Shown piece by piece: positions 24,661 to 36,870 of a stretch of 64,000 bases of DNA. Both the position numbers and the translations under genes were made by a program. The DNA comes from Oculina patagonica (lineage: Eukaryota). Under the pieces are notes generated by a model. That model was not told the DNA's origin, made no database searches, and saw nothing but the letters and a program-made list of their open reading frames with translations. The stretch is taken from NCBI RefSeq assembly GCF_052425735.1, contig NC_135765.1, forward strand, positions 14,260,001-14,324,000, written 5' to 3'. Each line of letters starts with the position of its first letter. The first letter of the stretch is position 1.

Positions 24661-27600
24661 AAGACAATAAGCCGAACTCAAGGCAGTAATTATTTAACAC
24701 AAAACTTGTGGCTCTGACATCAACTATTCAGACTAGCCCACGATCAAAATCTATAAATACCATGTACATGGCTTGATGACTGTAGTACCGTTGTTTGATT
24801 TAGGAGGACAACGTTCAACTATAACTATATACGCAGCCAAAAAAAAACAGATCTAGTAGCACAATTTTCTTAGTTGAAAGCACAGTACTTTGTGTAGGTT
24901 TTTTTGCAATAACAGAAAAAATGTTTTGCTTCTTACATTATGAATAACAGTGTCGCTCAGAATATGTTAACGAGCCCAAACGTTGACTTTCAGGAGAAAA
25001 TGTGACACTGCCAAACAGATTCACAGATTCGCAATACTTTTCGGTTTGTTTTCAACTAAAATAAAATTAAACCCTGATGTAGTATTGTATTTTATTCACA
25101 AAATAGGAACAAAGGGGAAAAGGCAAAAGCGGAAGGTGCAGATAGAAATAAAACACGAAAATGAGTCGAATATATTTTAACACTAAAAGCATTCTTCTCT
25201 CAACGGGCTGTTGTAATCTTTTTGTGAAGCGTTAAACCCTTTCCATCTTAGACGGGAACCTCAAATAATCAAATGTAATCTTATAATCAACTTATGATTC
25301 GAAAAGCCTTTCTAATTTTGTGCGAAAGAGTTTAGATAGCATGTCGATAGGCCTTTTCGCGGTTTCTGACACCATCTAGTTTGGAGGGGGAGGGGAGAGT
25401 GGGGAGCAAACACGGTAAAAATTACAGTAATTGTATGGGAGAAGTGGGGAAGCTAATCTCGAACAATTCACGGCAAATTCTTATTCCGAAATGTTAATGA
25501 ATTAAAAACTCAAGACACAGGGCATTTTGATTTACTGATTAGATTTGAAGGATGCAGCCTCCTTATGTTTTTTCGTACATTTGTCTGTAAAGCAGGGCAG
25601 CAGTTCCCGGAAATATTTTGCGACATTTGTGTGGAAATCTTGAAATGCGCTCCTCGCCTCCCAACATAGCCGCATCCTTCCAATTTGATCAACAAAATCT
25701 TCTCCTGGGTATTTTTACCTTTTAGTTCATAAAAATTACAGAACATTAATCTTCTTCAAATTATTGGGCATCGACCTCCCAGCTTTTCCCATATTTATTT
25801 ACTGTAATTTTTGCCGTGTTTGCTCCTCCAACAATGAAGACGCCAAAAACCGTGAAATGGTTTACTAATTGAAAGGTAGCTTGGGAAGTTCTCAGTTTCT
25901 TATAATTATGGCTACAACTGTTAACAACCACCATATTCTGGAACCAGGCAAGTTATTTAAAATGGACAGTATTGTGAACTTACCATTTTTGGATTTATTT
26001 GCTGTATATTGTCTGCTGAGGGTGTGAACCACGAAGTTTTATCAGAGCCAAATTGTATCGGTCGCCCGTCGTATTTTTCGTATCTATAAAAAGGACCCAT
26101 TGACGCCGTGCTAAATTTATTTAAATTATAAATTAACTGGATGATGCGGACGTTTCAGTTTGATCTCAACGGAAAACTTTGTTGAGCGTTTTTCGCTGTG
26201 TGAGTTGAATTAAACGCAAGGAAGGCGAGCGTGACTGCTATTTTCTTCCAGAATATTCTTCGCACAATCTCCTCTAAAGCTGTTTATATTCCGTGATATT
26301 GTGACAAACGAAAAAGGTTTATGGTGAATTCCAAAATAATTGCTTTATTGAAAGTTATATTCCTTTTGGGGGTCAAATAAAACAGTTTAGCTCGGGTTTG
26401 CTTGTTTAAGGCCCACGACTCTCGTCATTAAGACTACAAAATGATGGCGTTTAAAACGAAGCTAAGCTCAGAAACGATCAAGTTCGCTGAAGAACGGACA
26501 AGACCCAGATTAATTAAGGCATCATACAACTTTAGCTCTCGCCTTTATTCAGCGGCTTTTTTCGCACATGAACATGTTCAGGCTTTTTCGTTTAAAGAGC
26601 AGAAAAGCTGTGAATTGATTTCTTTTACCGTGAGTGTGACATTTTTATCGTCAGTTGGTTTTGGTGTCATACGCTAATTTATTTGCGAGAAAAATGTCGC
26701 TTTCGTTGCGAGTTAAGCATTTATCGATAGGTGAAAATAATTGTATCGGTAGACGCCGGTCGCAGTTTCCGTAGCTTTTAAATGACCAATTGACTTATTA
26801 AATTTTCTTAAATTATAAATGGACTTAACTAAGTTGTATCGGCCCCGTTTTGTTCCTATCTTCCCATGATTTTTTTTGCTTAATTTTCCCTTCATTCAGG
26901 CGATATCCATCCTGCACCTATGGCCACCACACTTTTCGTATTTTTGCTGCTTATTTACCAGAATAAAAACATACTGTAAATTCCAGTATATTATTTTTAA
27001 ATTACGGGGATGCTACCCTTTTAGGTTTGCCTAAATCTTTATGTTACCTCTATTGTGTATATTCAATACACACAAAGCATAAGGAAATTTTTCGTTTCAC
27101 ATGCATGAGAAGCACGCTGTTGTTCAGAAAAAGTTTTTAATTCATTGATACTGCATCTCTTTATTGGTTATTTGAACACACTATGCTGTATCCCTCTGTG
27201 GTTGTTTGAACGCATTGTGTGCGCTTTGGATAACGTACAATGAAGACAAAGGGCTTTAAGCAAATTTATTTTATCTTAAAAATAAACGAACAAATAAAAT
27301 AGTTGAATGTAGGTTATACCATTGTTTGTTTTAAGACAACGTTAAACTAAAACTTTATACGCAACAAGAAAAAACAGACTGAGTACTATTATATCTTAGT
27401 AGAAACTATGGTGACTTATGTAATTTCTCCAGAATCGATATCTATAGAAGAAATGGATTTTCCTAATAAACTTGGAATATGCTCCGAATATCACTCAAGG
27501 TGTATTTAAATTATAAAATACGAAAACCCCCTTTCCATTTAACAAGCTAATAAATTTTAGAGTAAAATGTTAATTAAACGCCCTTTCCATCCCAGAGCCA

Positions 27601-30600
27601 AACCACGAGTGACTTGATGTAGTCTTAAGATTTTAGTTTAGTTTAATAGCAAACTATCCTTAAAAAATTATATACTCATGGCGTGCTTTCTCGCCGAACC
27701 CTTTTAATACGCTAAAACACTTTCAAGTGAGAGGAAGTTGAATTGGCAATTATCTGTTAGTATAATAACTGATTCTTCTTTTAGCTCCAGTTATAAACAA
27801 TCACCATTTTCTTAAAGAGCGACATTAGAGCGGGTATTATACAAAACTTACCATTTTTCGTCTCCACACAGTTCTCTAACTGTATCGTGTAAATTTCCTA
27901 CGCCAGGACTCTAAAAAAGGCTTTCGTGCGAAGAAGGGTTTATTCATGTCACGTAAAACTGAACATTTTTTATTTTACATGACAACCAGAATGTTGCTAC
28001 GAAAAGTCACGAAATAGTTATTTCTCAACTGTTTCGTAATCAATAAACCCTCGTCGTAAGCAATGGTTATCTTTTAAGAAGTTGGAAGCACTAACCGATT
28101 TATCTGTCGTATAAGAAAATACCCGACTTTGATTCAAGTAGTCATCGTGTTAAAGGAGTTAAGACGGAAACAATCAGTAAATCGAGTAATGCTAATTTTA
28201 GTTGGACAAAAATCGAGTACCAGAATAATTTAAATCACATTGCGTTATTTTCTACCCTTTCTAAAAGCTAAAGATATAACTAATTCTCCGTGATAACACC
28301 AAAATCAATTCCGTATCAGAACTAGAGGAAATGAATTTCAAAGTTCACAAGAACCATGTAAAGTATTAATAAAATCTCTTACGTCTTTTAAGTGTTCAGT
28401 GGAATTCAGTGAAGCTTCGAAATTCGGTTTTGATGTTTGGTTTTGTTAGAAATGATATTGACAAGATATTTAAAACAGTAACACAGAGAGTTTGCAATAA
28501 GACGTACATAATTTCGGTACATAATTTTGTCCAATAAATACTTAAAGTCCTGGTGGACCCTTTTTTTTTCTCAAGACTAATTTTAATTACATTTGTCCTT
28601 ACAATTTCGACAAATTTTCAAAGAAATAAGTCGTCTGTTTGTAGCACTTAAAACAAATTGAGCTGCAGATAATATGGCGCTGCATCAAGAAAGTCGAAAC
28701 GTTTCGTGATATTTTTCAACCAACTATTAAGGGGTGATGCATCAACCTAACCATAACGTGTTCCTAGCAAGGGAGTGGAGGCCATGCGGTACGAAGAATG
28801 TATACACATGCTACAAATACATTTAGGAGCCTTCTTAGCAAGTGAATTGCACCCGTGATGAAGCGACTGAACTTTAAGTACAAAAGCTAGTAAGTTCGGT
28901 TATTCCTTATAAATTCCGTTTTGGCATCGTACTTTACGGTAATGGTTGCCTACAATAGTAATAAAAGGCAAGGGGGGTCTTTTGCCTTAGCTGGATTTAT
29001 GTGTCTCGACAGATCCAATCGCCTTTTCAATGTCTTACGCTGAACTGTTATATAACTAAATAAAAATACCAAAATTTACGCCGTGATACGTTAAGTACTT
29101 TAAAACTTTTAAATGTATTTAGAGTTTTTGGTCGCGGACAAGGTTTCAGCTCAGTCTGGATAGATTATGACACAGCCACAGTATTTGTGTAAGATAATTA
29201 CTGCTTCGCCTCAAGAAAAAACGACGATTCCGAGTAAGTGGCAAGTGGCGCGCTGGCCTGATATAGTTTTCGCGTTCGACTTGTCATCAAAGCCGGTCAG
29301 TTGTTCGCGCCTTATTCATTGAGGGACATATATACGTGGCTAACATGGCATCGACTGTTTACGAAAGGGAAAATTGCCGCGCCGACAATTGTCCGAAAGT
29401 ACTCTTTTTGACAGATATATTAACCCATGAATTTTGAAAGAATGAAAATTGTTTAATAAGTTTGAAGATGGTCAAAACTTTCGTTTACGAACTGGCAATG
29501 CACAGACCTTCAAGGTTAGTACAGCATCAAGATATTGGTTGTTGGGACGAGCATTCATTAAGTTTATTGTTGTTTGAGGTGTTCTTAAACAAATATATCT
29601 GCTATTTGTATACATATTAAGCACAACATTATCTGTTTTGCTCGCGTGATGTGAACTTCAGAAGGACGTACACTTTGATGAAAAATGCTTTTAAAACCTT
29701 GTTTATTCTAAGTGATTAAGGTGAACCTTTTTCAAACTATATTACCATATCGAATGAGTGCAGCTAATTATTTCAGTTACATGTTCCAAACATAAATTAT
29801 CTTATTAGTTCCAATGAAATTCTTTTGGTGATCCCAAGACTTCGTTGGTACTTAAACGTATCTTTTTATCGATTGTTCTCGTGTCTGCATGACAAGTAAT
29901 TTTATAAGGAATCGGCTACAAAAACCTATAAACACTGCTTGACGCTCTTTTTAACGCCCAGACAATTTGCTGAAAATCCTCCTTTATTCACAGAGATTAT
30001 AAAATAATCGGGCCACTCTGTCCATTTTCGAGGTGGACCATCTTGCTCAATAAACATCTTTCTATTGGTTAAATGTTAAGAAAGGATTTTCTCCACGCTA
30101 AAAGGTTTCCGGCTTCAACACTGGGACACAAAATGCACGGCCTCTTACTGTTTCAAACAGGCAGACAATTGCCCGGGAATCCTTCTTTTTCATAGATATA
30201 TCAAACAGGTAAATATTAATATAATCTTGAATGTCTTGTAGAAAATTTACGCGCCTCGAATTTATATTGACGCATTAGTATGGTAAACGTTGTAGAATAT
30301 GAATATATATAGAATCTACTAAAGGTGCCTCGTAATGCCTGTAAACTTCAGCTACAAGAAAATTTGAGGAACAACTCACTACACATTGACATTCACGACA
30401 AGAGCACACATCTCCAGTTTACACTCATCCACTTCTTATATGTTCACCAGCGCTAGGTGCTTATTTTCTTATTGTATGTAAGGAAAATTGCCCTGTTTAT
30501 TTTCAAAACGAGGATGTTTGTTATTCTTGCCATCCTGCTTTTTACTCGTGAATGCATAATGAACGAGTATAGTGGGGAAGTTGAGCCATCCGTCCATCCT

Positions 30601-32127
30601 TCCATCCATTCATCGTTGTTAACATTATGCAAATTAGGTATGCTCACGGGCGCTTTCTAAATTTCGTTTCCCTCGGCTGTGAATAAAAATACAGCTTTAC
30701 AAAGGTATCATTTCAAAGAAATAAGTGTAGAAAATACTTCACCCCTGTAAATGAGAAACAATCGTTTCCCAAACGATGAAATATTGCCCACTGGGCGCCG
30801 TGACGTCAAACAAGTGATACACTCAAGAACCAAACAAACTGAACAGGGAATTTCAAAGGAAGATTGCGGCTTGGTTGCCGGAAAACCGAAAAAAAAAAAG
30901 CTAAAGGCTTGGAAGTTTATAAATGATCTGAAGTCTAGAGGGATACTAGTGTAATAATAGTTTTTTTTAGAAAAGCCGATGGAAACAGCGTGTGAAAATA
31001 AAGCTATCATATATCATATCAGCAAATATACAGGTAAGTAAAATGAAAAGGCGGTTTTTAATCTTGACGTATTAGGCTCAAAACGAATTTAGAAGTAGCG
31101 CACGTGTTGTTGTGATTTAGCGATTTTAAATCTATGCCGTCGCAGCTTTAAAATTCCATGTTCGGTTTGTTTGGTTATTGAGTGTATCACTGAGCGCATT
31201 CTTGTTTGACGTCACGGTCAAGAAAGATTTCGAATTTCTTTTTTCGATGTTCCCATCAGTATTCCACGTACATTCGATCAGGCAAATAAGAAAAAACTGT
31301 GTCATATACACTTTAAATAAAGTTGATTATTATAATTAATCCCTATAATGAATATTTTCCATCGATACTATACTGTTCAAAGGAACGATTTAAATATATC
31401 TAACGCATTCACGAGTAGGTCATAGACCTCTTTGATTTGACAAAGGGGCCGTTTCTTTGAGTCGCAGAGAAAGCCCGACCGCGTTCACTAACTGGGAACG
31501 TGCTAATCTGATTAACGTGCACAGTTTTGCCTATTTAAAGGAACAGTGTCACCATGATTTAGTGCTACTTGAAAATGAAATCGAGGTGTACGTTGGTATT
31601 AATTGGGAATCCAAAAAAGGGCCTGGCCTTGCTAAAATGTACTGTACTAGTCATGAAAATTGTCAGGGCAGTAGTGGCCTAAAACTTGAAAACGTCGGGC
31701 CGACGTTTTCAAGTTTGACAGCGTTTCTTTGAAGAAAATCACTTAAAAACCATTGATTACGTTTATTCACACCTTGGAGAACGAATTTATGCTTTCTTTT
31801 GTTGCTCAAAGGTTATTTTGCTGATCAGTGGTGCACCCTCATAAATCTGTCATCGTTTTCAAACAAACTAAGACGACTTCTCGTGATACTGAAAGATGTG
31901 CAGTACAATAATTGGAAATTGCTTTTTAGGTAGCTTTGTCTCGAATCTCAAAACAACCGAAGAGGCGTTGTTGTCGACACCTTACTTTACGGTAAACGCA
32001 AAATAGCCGTTATTTTACAATGGGCTCTTTCTGAGTTTGTGGCCGTGTGCTAGCTAGGTGTCTGCACTCTTGCATAGCAACGAAGCTGCGAGAACTGGCG
32101 CTACGCAGACTACACGAGTTCGTGATA

Positions 32128-32697
32128 CAGTGAAACCTCGAATTAACGTAGTGCCAAGGGACTGGGGAAATTTGTTTGTTATATCGAGGGTCCGTTATAT
32201 CGAAAACCTCGATAGAACGAATTTGTGGGAAAACAACCAAAATGTTCCTTAAATCGAGGTATAGTTAATAATTGTTTTTCACGCTATTACGTTGCACTGG
32301 CCAAAATTGACTGATCTGAACGACTGTCAAAAATAACATTTGCGCTTCAGTGTCTAATATCCACATAGACATGGACTTTGAAGTTGTTCTCATCCTTGTT
32401 TGTCTGTTCTACATTCGTCTTTTGTCGCGTGTTAACTATAATTCGTTATATCGGGGTTCATTTTAAGTTTGGGCTTCCGGATTTGTTCGTTATAATGAGG
32501 ATTTCGTTATATCGAGACACTGTTCTATACATTTTACTTTAACTTTGGCCGGGCTGAAGAATATAGTTCGCTATACCGAGGACTTCGTTATATGATAATT
32601 GATATTTAAACAGGGTGAACACTTTAGTCGCAGAACTGGTATAAACTGGGGTCCTGTATAAAATGATATAGAGGTTCGTTAAATCGAGGTTCCACTT
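32128..32697. mobile_element. Tc1/mariner(pogo)-type MITE, TA flanks
   Basis: TA|CAGTGAAACCTCGA...TCGAGGTTCCACTT|TA; internal ttcgttatatcgagg repeats. Confidence 0.8.
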
Positions 32698-33772
32698 TAC
32701 GTATGTGATCTTCGCGGAAGCACCAAATCAGTTCGAAGTTGCTCGGAAAAGAAAGATAAAAAGCGCAAGGTAGTTTTATAATTCTGCTTCCTTATTACGT
32801 CTGTTTAGCAAGATTTAGATGGAATTTAAAATGGTTCGGCGTGGACAAAGTGCAAATTTGATGATAAAGTGCGAAACAAGGCAGATTTAGTGCCTCCTCG
32901 GGGGCTAGGGGTGTTATCCATGTTCCCTTATTCCCAATAAAATTTTCTTTATATTCCCGTGTTCATTAAAAGTATTTTTCGATTATGGTGTTCCCTATTC
33001 CCTTAAATATGCTTTTGATCTCGTTTTCTCAGTTTTATTTTGCTTTTATTCCCATATTCAAAAAAATTGTTATAATTAAGTTACTTGCCACGTTCCCTCA
33101 AACCCCCAGGGGAGCCTTATCATTCTTGACTTCACGCCAACCAACTGTTGTTAATAAAATGCTTCCAAATGGTTGACACTGAATTGACCTGGATGGTTGT
33201 TTGAGGCACAAATGTATCTGTTTTATATATCTGTATACATATTGAGCACGACATTATCTGTTTCGATTGCGTGATGTGAAATTTAGAAGGATATACACCT
33301 TGATGGTAAAAGCGTTTAAAACCTTGTTTGTTTGGAGTGATGAAGGTTAAACTTTCCAAACAATATTACCATATCGACTGCGTGTAGATAATTTTTAAGT
33401 TACAAGTTTGAAACATAAATTATCCTTTTAGGTCCAGTACATTTCTTTCTTTTATCCCAAGACTTCGTTTGTACTTCAAAATAACTTTTTATCGATTCTT
33501 TTCGTGCGCGTTTAACAAGTACTTGTCAATGAATTTCCCACAAACACCCATTAAGGCAGAGAGTGCATATTGATATAAAACATTTTTAGCCGCAATCCTT
33601 TTTGCCATGTTTAATCAAAGATGCTCTTCTGTCTCATCCGCTTACGAGCCTCCCGCGGAGAACCATTAAGGGGCCAAGAGCATCCATTTGTTAGTGTAAA
33701 ACGTTTTCTTAGCATCAATCCTGTTGCCATGTGTGATCAAGAATGTGAAGCGTTTTGCACGCAATGGTAGTG

Positions 33773-33860
33773 CATAAAACATTAGAGACCCTCTTGGGTT
33801 GCCCACACTCTCGGCCCGCACATGCGAGAAGAGGAAACTCTGAAGAAAACTACACTGGGT
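33773..33860 (+). promoter_or_regulatory. Putative TATA-like box, non-coding first exon and splice donor of gene C
   Basis: CATAAAA at 33773; cacactctc.. exon; donor GG|GTAAGT at 33859; matching polypyrimidine acceptor tttttttctctgtacag at 35577, just upstream of the ATG at 35608. Confidence 0.5.
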
Positions 33861-35607
33861 AAGTTTACGATACATGCTATATCGTTATGTTGTAATAGTG
33901 GATTGATCGTGTATGCAATACTATTCGATGTTACTAGATATACTCTGCTTATCACACTTTTTTAGAGAAATGTGTAAGGTTTCAGCTCTATTTTGAGAGT
34001 TAAATGGAGCTACTTGTATTTGTTCACAGTAGCTTTTGTTAATGGGCTTTTGTTCGCTTTAATCTGATTGTGGTAAACATTACAGAAGGGGGTGAATAGG
34101 TTCGTGGATCGCAGATAAGCTGAGAAAAATTTGGACATGATTCCGGAACTCTTCATGTCAGGAGGTTCGGATCGTGGGTACTAAAGGAAGTTCGGATCAA
34201 TTTGGTCGGTCTTGTTGGCAGAATTGTCGCAAAAAGAAGCAATGAAACGAATCTTTAAAAAAAAAAAAAAATTGGCATACCAACAACATCTTCTGTCCGT
34301 TAAAGTGAAAATACCACACCAAATTTTCAAGTAATGCGGATTCAAATTTGAACGAAAACAGTGGCGGATTGACGGATTTGGACAAAAATCGCACGGATCG
34401 GAGGTTTTGCGTACCATATTTTTTACATATCTCTTGAGCTAGATATAAAGAAATTCTCATATATTGGAGAAAGAAGAAATGCTTCCGAAAAATATGGACT
34501 AGCTTTTTTCCATTTTTCCAAGAAAAAAACGTTTTCAAGTGTCGATCTTTATAGGAAACCAAGGACCAAATAGTTAATCTGTGGAACTCTTTTTTTCAAC
34601 CGTTGACCGGGATTTTATGGATTTTTGGTCGAAACTGTTCTGAAATTAGTGGTAGGCAACTATACCCATGAAAAACATCATATTTGAACATCTAAAAGAA
34701 GATATAACCTTAGTTTTCGGAGAGAGATCAGACCACGGCTATAAATATCAACCTTGCGAAGAAGTTGTAATCAATTTCCATCCTAGCCATCGGCAGCCAA
34801 AGACAGTTATCAATAGTTTCAGTGCTCTAATATGGCAATTGTGAATAAAAATTGACTATTATTTTTAGGTTTCCATCGACATAAATATATATTTGGCTGT
34901 TCAAGAAAACCTGTTAAGTTACACTACGGAAAATTCCTATTTTGTGTGCTATTGCGGTAGACCGGGACAATCTTTTTTTTTAGGTAAGCTGTTTGTTGCC
35001 GCATCCGAGACAAATTGATAACTATCGATGCGATCGATAATTTTAAAATCTTTGACAAGTATCGTTGAAAAGAAATTGCAACTTCAAATGATGCTGTACG
35101 TAATAATTTATGAGAGCTTTCTGAATTTTGCATTAGGTGATGCTGTATCGTTTAATTCTAGTTAGGGTTACTGTGGCAATGTCATACGCTTTTTTGAGCT
35201 CATCAAAAAACTTCTCCCCAGCGTTTGAAAAGTTTTGGAAAAAAATCCGTGTCAATCTTTCCCATCTTCGAAAGTTTTCGGCTGAAAGCATCTTCGGAAA
35301 TCCAGGAATCGGGAGCTCGGCCTTCGGTCTACGATCTTCGATTTATGGACCTTTCAAGTTATCATAAGCATCGGAGGTCTTCGTGAGTTTTCGATCAAAA
35401 GTCTCCGAAGTATATTAACAGCCGTTTCAGGTCTTCGAGTTTCTTTAAAACAAAATATTCATACAATTTGCACTCATTATACACTTAAATCCCAGGTTAA
35501 ATGCACCTCTATTTTATTGTTTGGCCAACAGGATTATTGATACTCAATTTGTGGAACTATTTTTTTTCTCTGTACAGGCGATCAACTAACACACAAGGCT
35601 ATTGAAG

Positions 35608-36831
35608 ATGGCAGTCTGGATAATCTTGTTGATATTGGGGATGGCAAATGGTGATCAAAATGTGGAATTCGATATTTCGGAAACCAAGTAAGTATAGTCG
35701 ACACTATAAGAAAACAAGAAATACTCACAAGTTCTTTTAGACATGAAATCGCTAGAAGGCAGTGTGCAAAAACACTAAGCATTTTAATGTCAGGTTAGAA
35801 AAATTTGAACTCGTCAGTGCAAATATTTCTTTCTTGAAAATGAAGAGTCAAAAAAATCCAAAGCGCTGCATATCACTTTATTTTATCCGCCATTACAGAC
35901 CTTCAAAGCAGTCCAGACCGGGTTGTCACTTGGTTTGGAACACTGACTAGTTCAGATACAGTTGCCCAAAAGTTTCATACATTGGAGGCGGTGCTAAGAT
36001 CAGGGACAATTATTTATTTCTACAGAGGCGAACACTGTTTTTTTTTGCGTATGCTTTTGCAGAAACGCGCTCAATTTGGTTTTGTTCAAATTATGAAATC
36101 TGCCCTTGAAAATCCCTTACTGAATTGTGACCAATTGTACCCGACGGGAATCATTGACACCTTTCTGTAGTAAGAACAAAAGAACTTGTAAAAGTACTTC
36201 TCCATTAACTGCTGTAAAGAGTTCGTTGCTCGTTAGACGATAGAAAAGTCACATTTTAATATAATAAATTCCATTGGTAAAAGTTTTATACATTTTCTCT
36301 TAACCCTATTCAGACCGGGCTTTTTAGGACCTTCTCTGACCATGTAACTTCCAGAATATTTAAGTAATCACAATGAAACTTATAGGATGTATAGTAAGTT
36401 CAAACATCTTTCTTTTGGTATACGTCAAGTGGGATGATGACGTCGCATCACGTGACAATTACATCATGATGTCAAAGCAGCCGCCATCTTGGATCCGCCA
36501 TCTTGGATTTCAAAACTTTTCCAAAATGCCAGAAAACCACCCAAAATTACGGCAAAGTACCCCACAAAATCAATAAAACTGTTCTTAAAGACCGTAAAAA
36601 GGTAAAAATTAATTGCATTTCAGTTAAATTTCATTAATAGAAACACGAAAATTACAAATTTGGGAAAACATGCCTATCAAAATGCCGTTGCCATGGTGAT
36701 GTCAAATTTCTGACACAACATCCTATCCTACCAATTTGTTCCCAGATAAATTTTAGATAAACTCAGAAATTTTGGCAGGGTCTGGTTGAATCGTGAAAAA
36801 GTTATAAGCGTTGAAAGTTAGTGCGTACCTC

Positions 36832-36870
<39 letters not shown>

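Larger units (their letters stand above)
19260..28010 (-). promoter_or_regulatory. Array of about five homologous putative promoter/non-coding first-exon modules upstream of gene B
   Basis: Minus-strand G|GTAAG donors at 19452, 21217, 23611, 25983 and 27851. The first four follow related (g)gtgatTCACACcttagcagaca-like exon sequence. A shared upstream motif (plus strand ttacatg.caacc...tgttg.ta.gaa) links the 27.85-kb copy. Confidence 0.5.

Noticed and set aside
24335-24700. 121-aa minus-strand ORF
   Set aside because: The duplicate at ~29200..29520 has frame-breaking indels, and there is no ATG start or recognisable domain.
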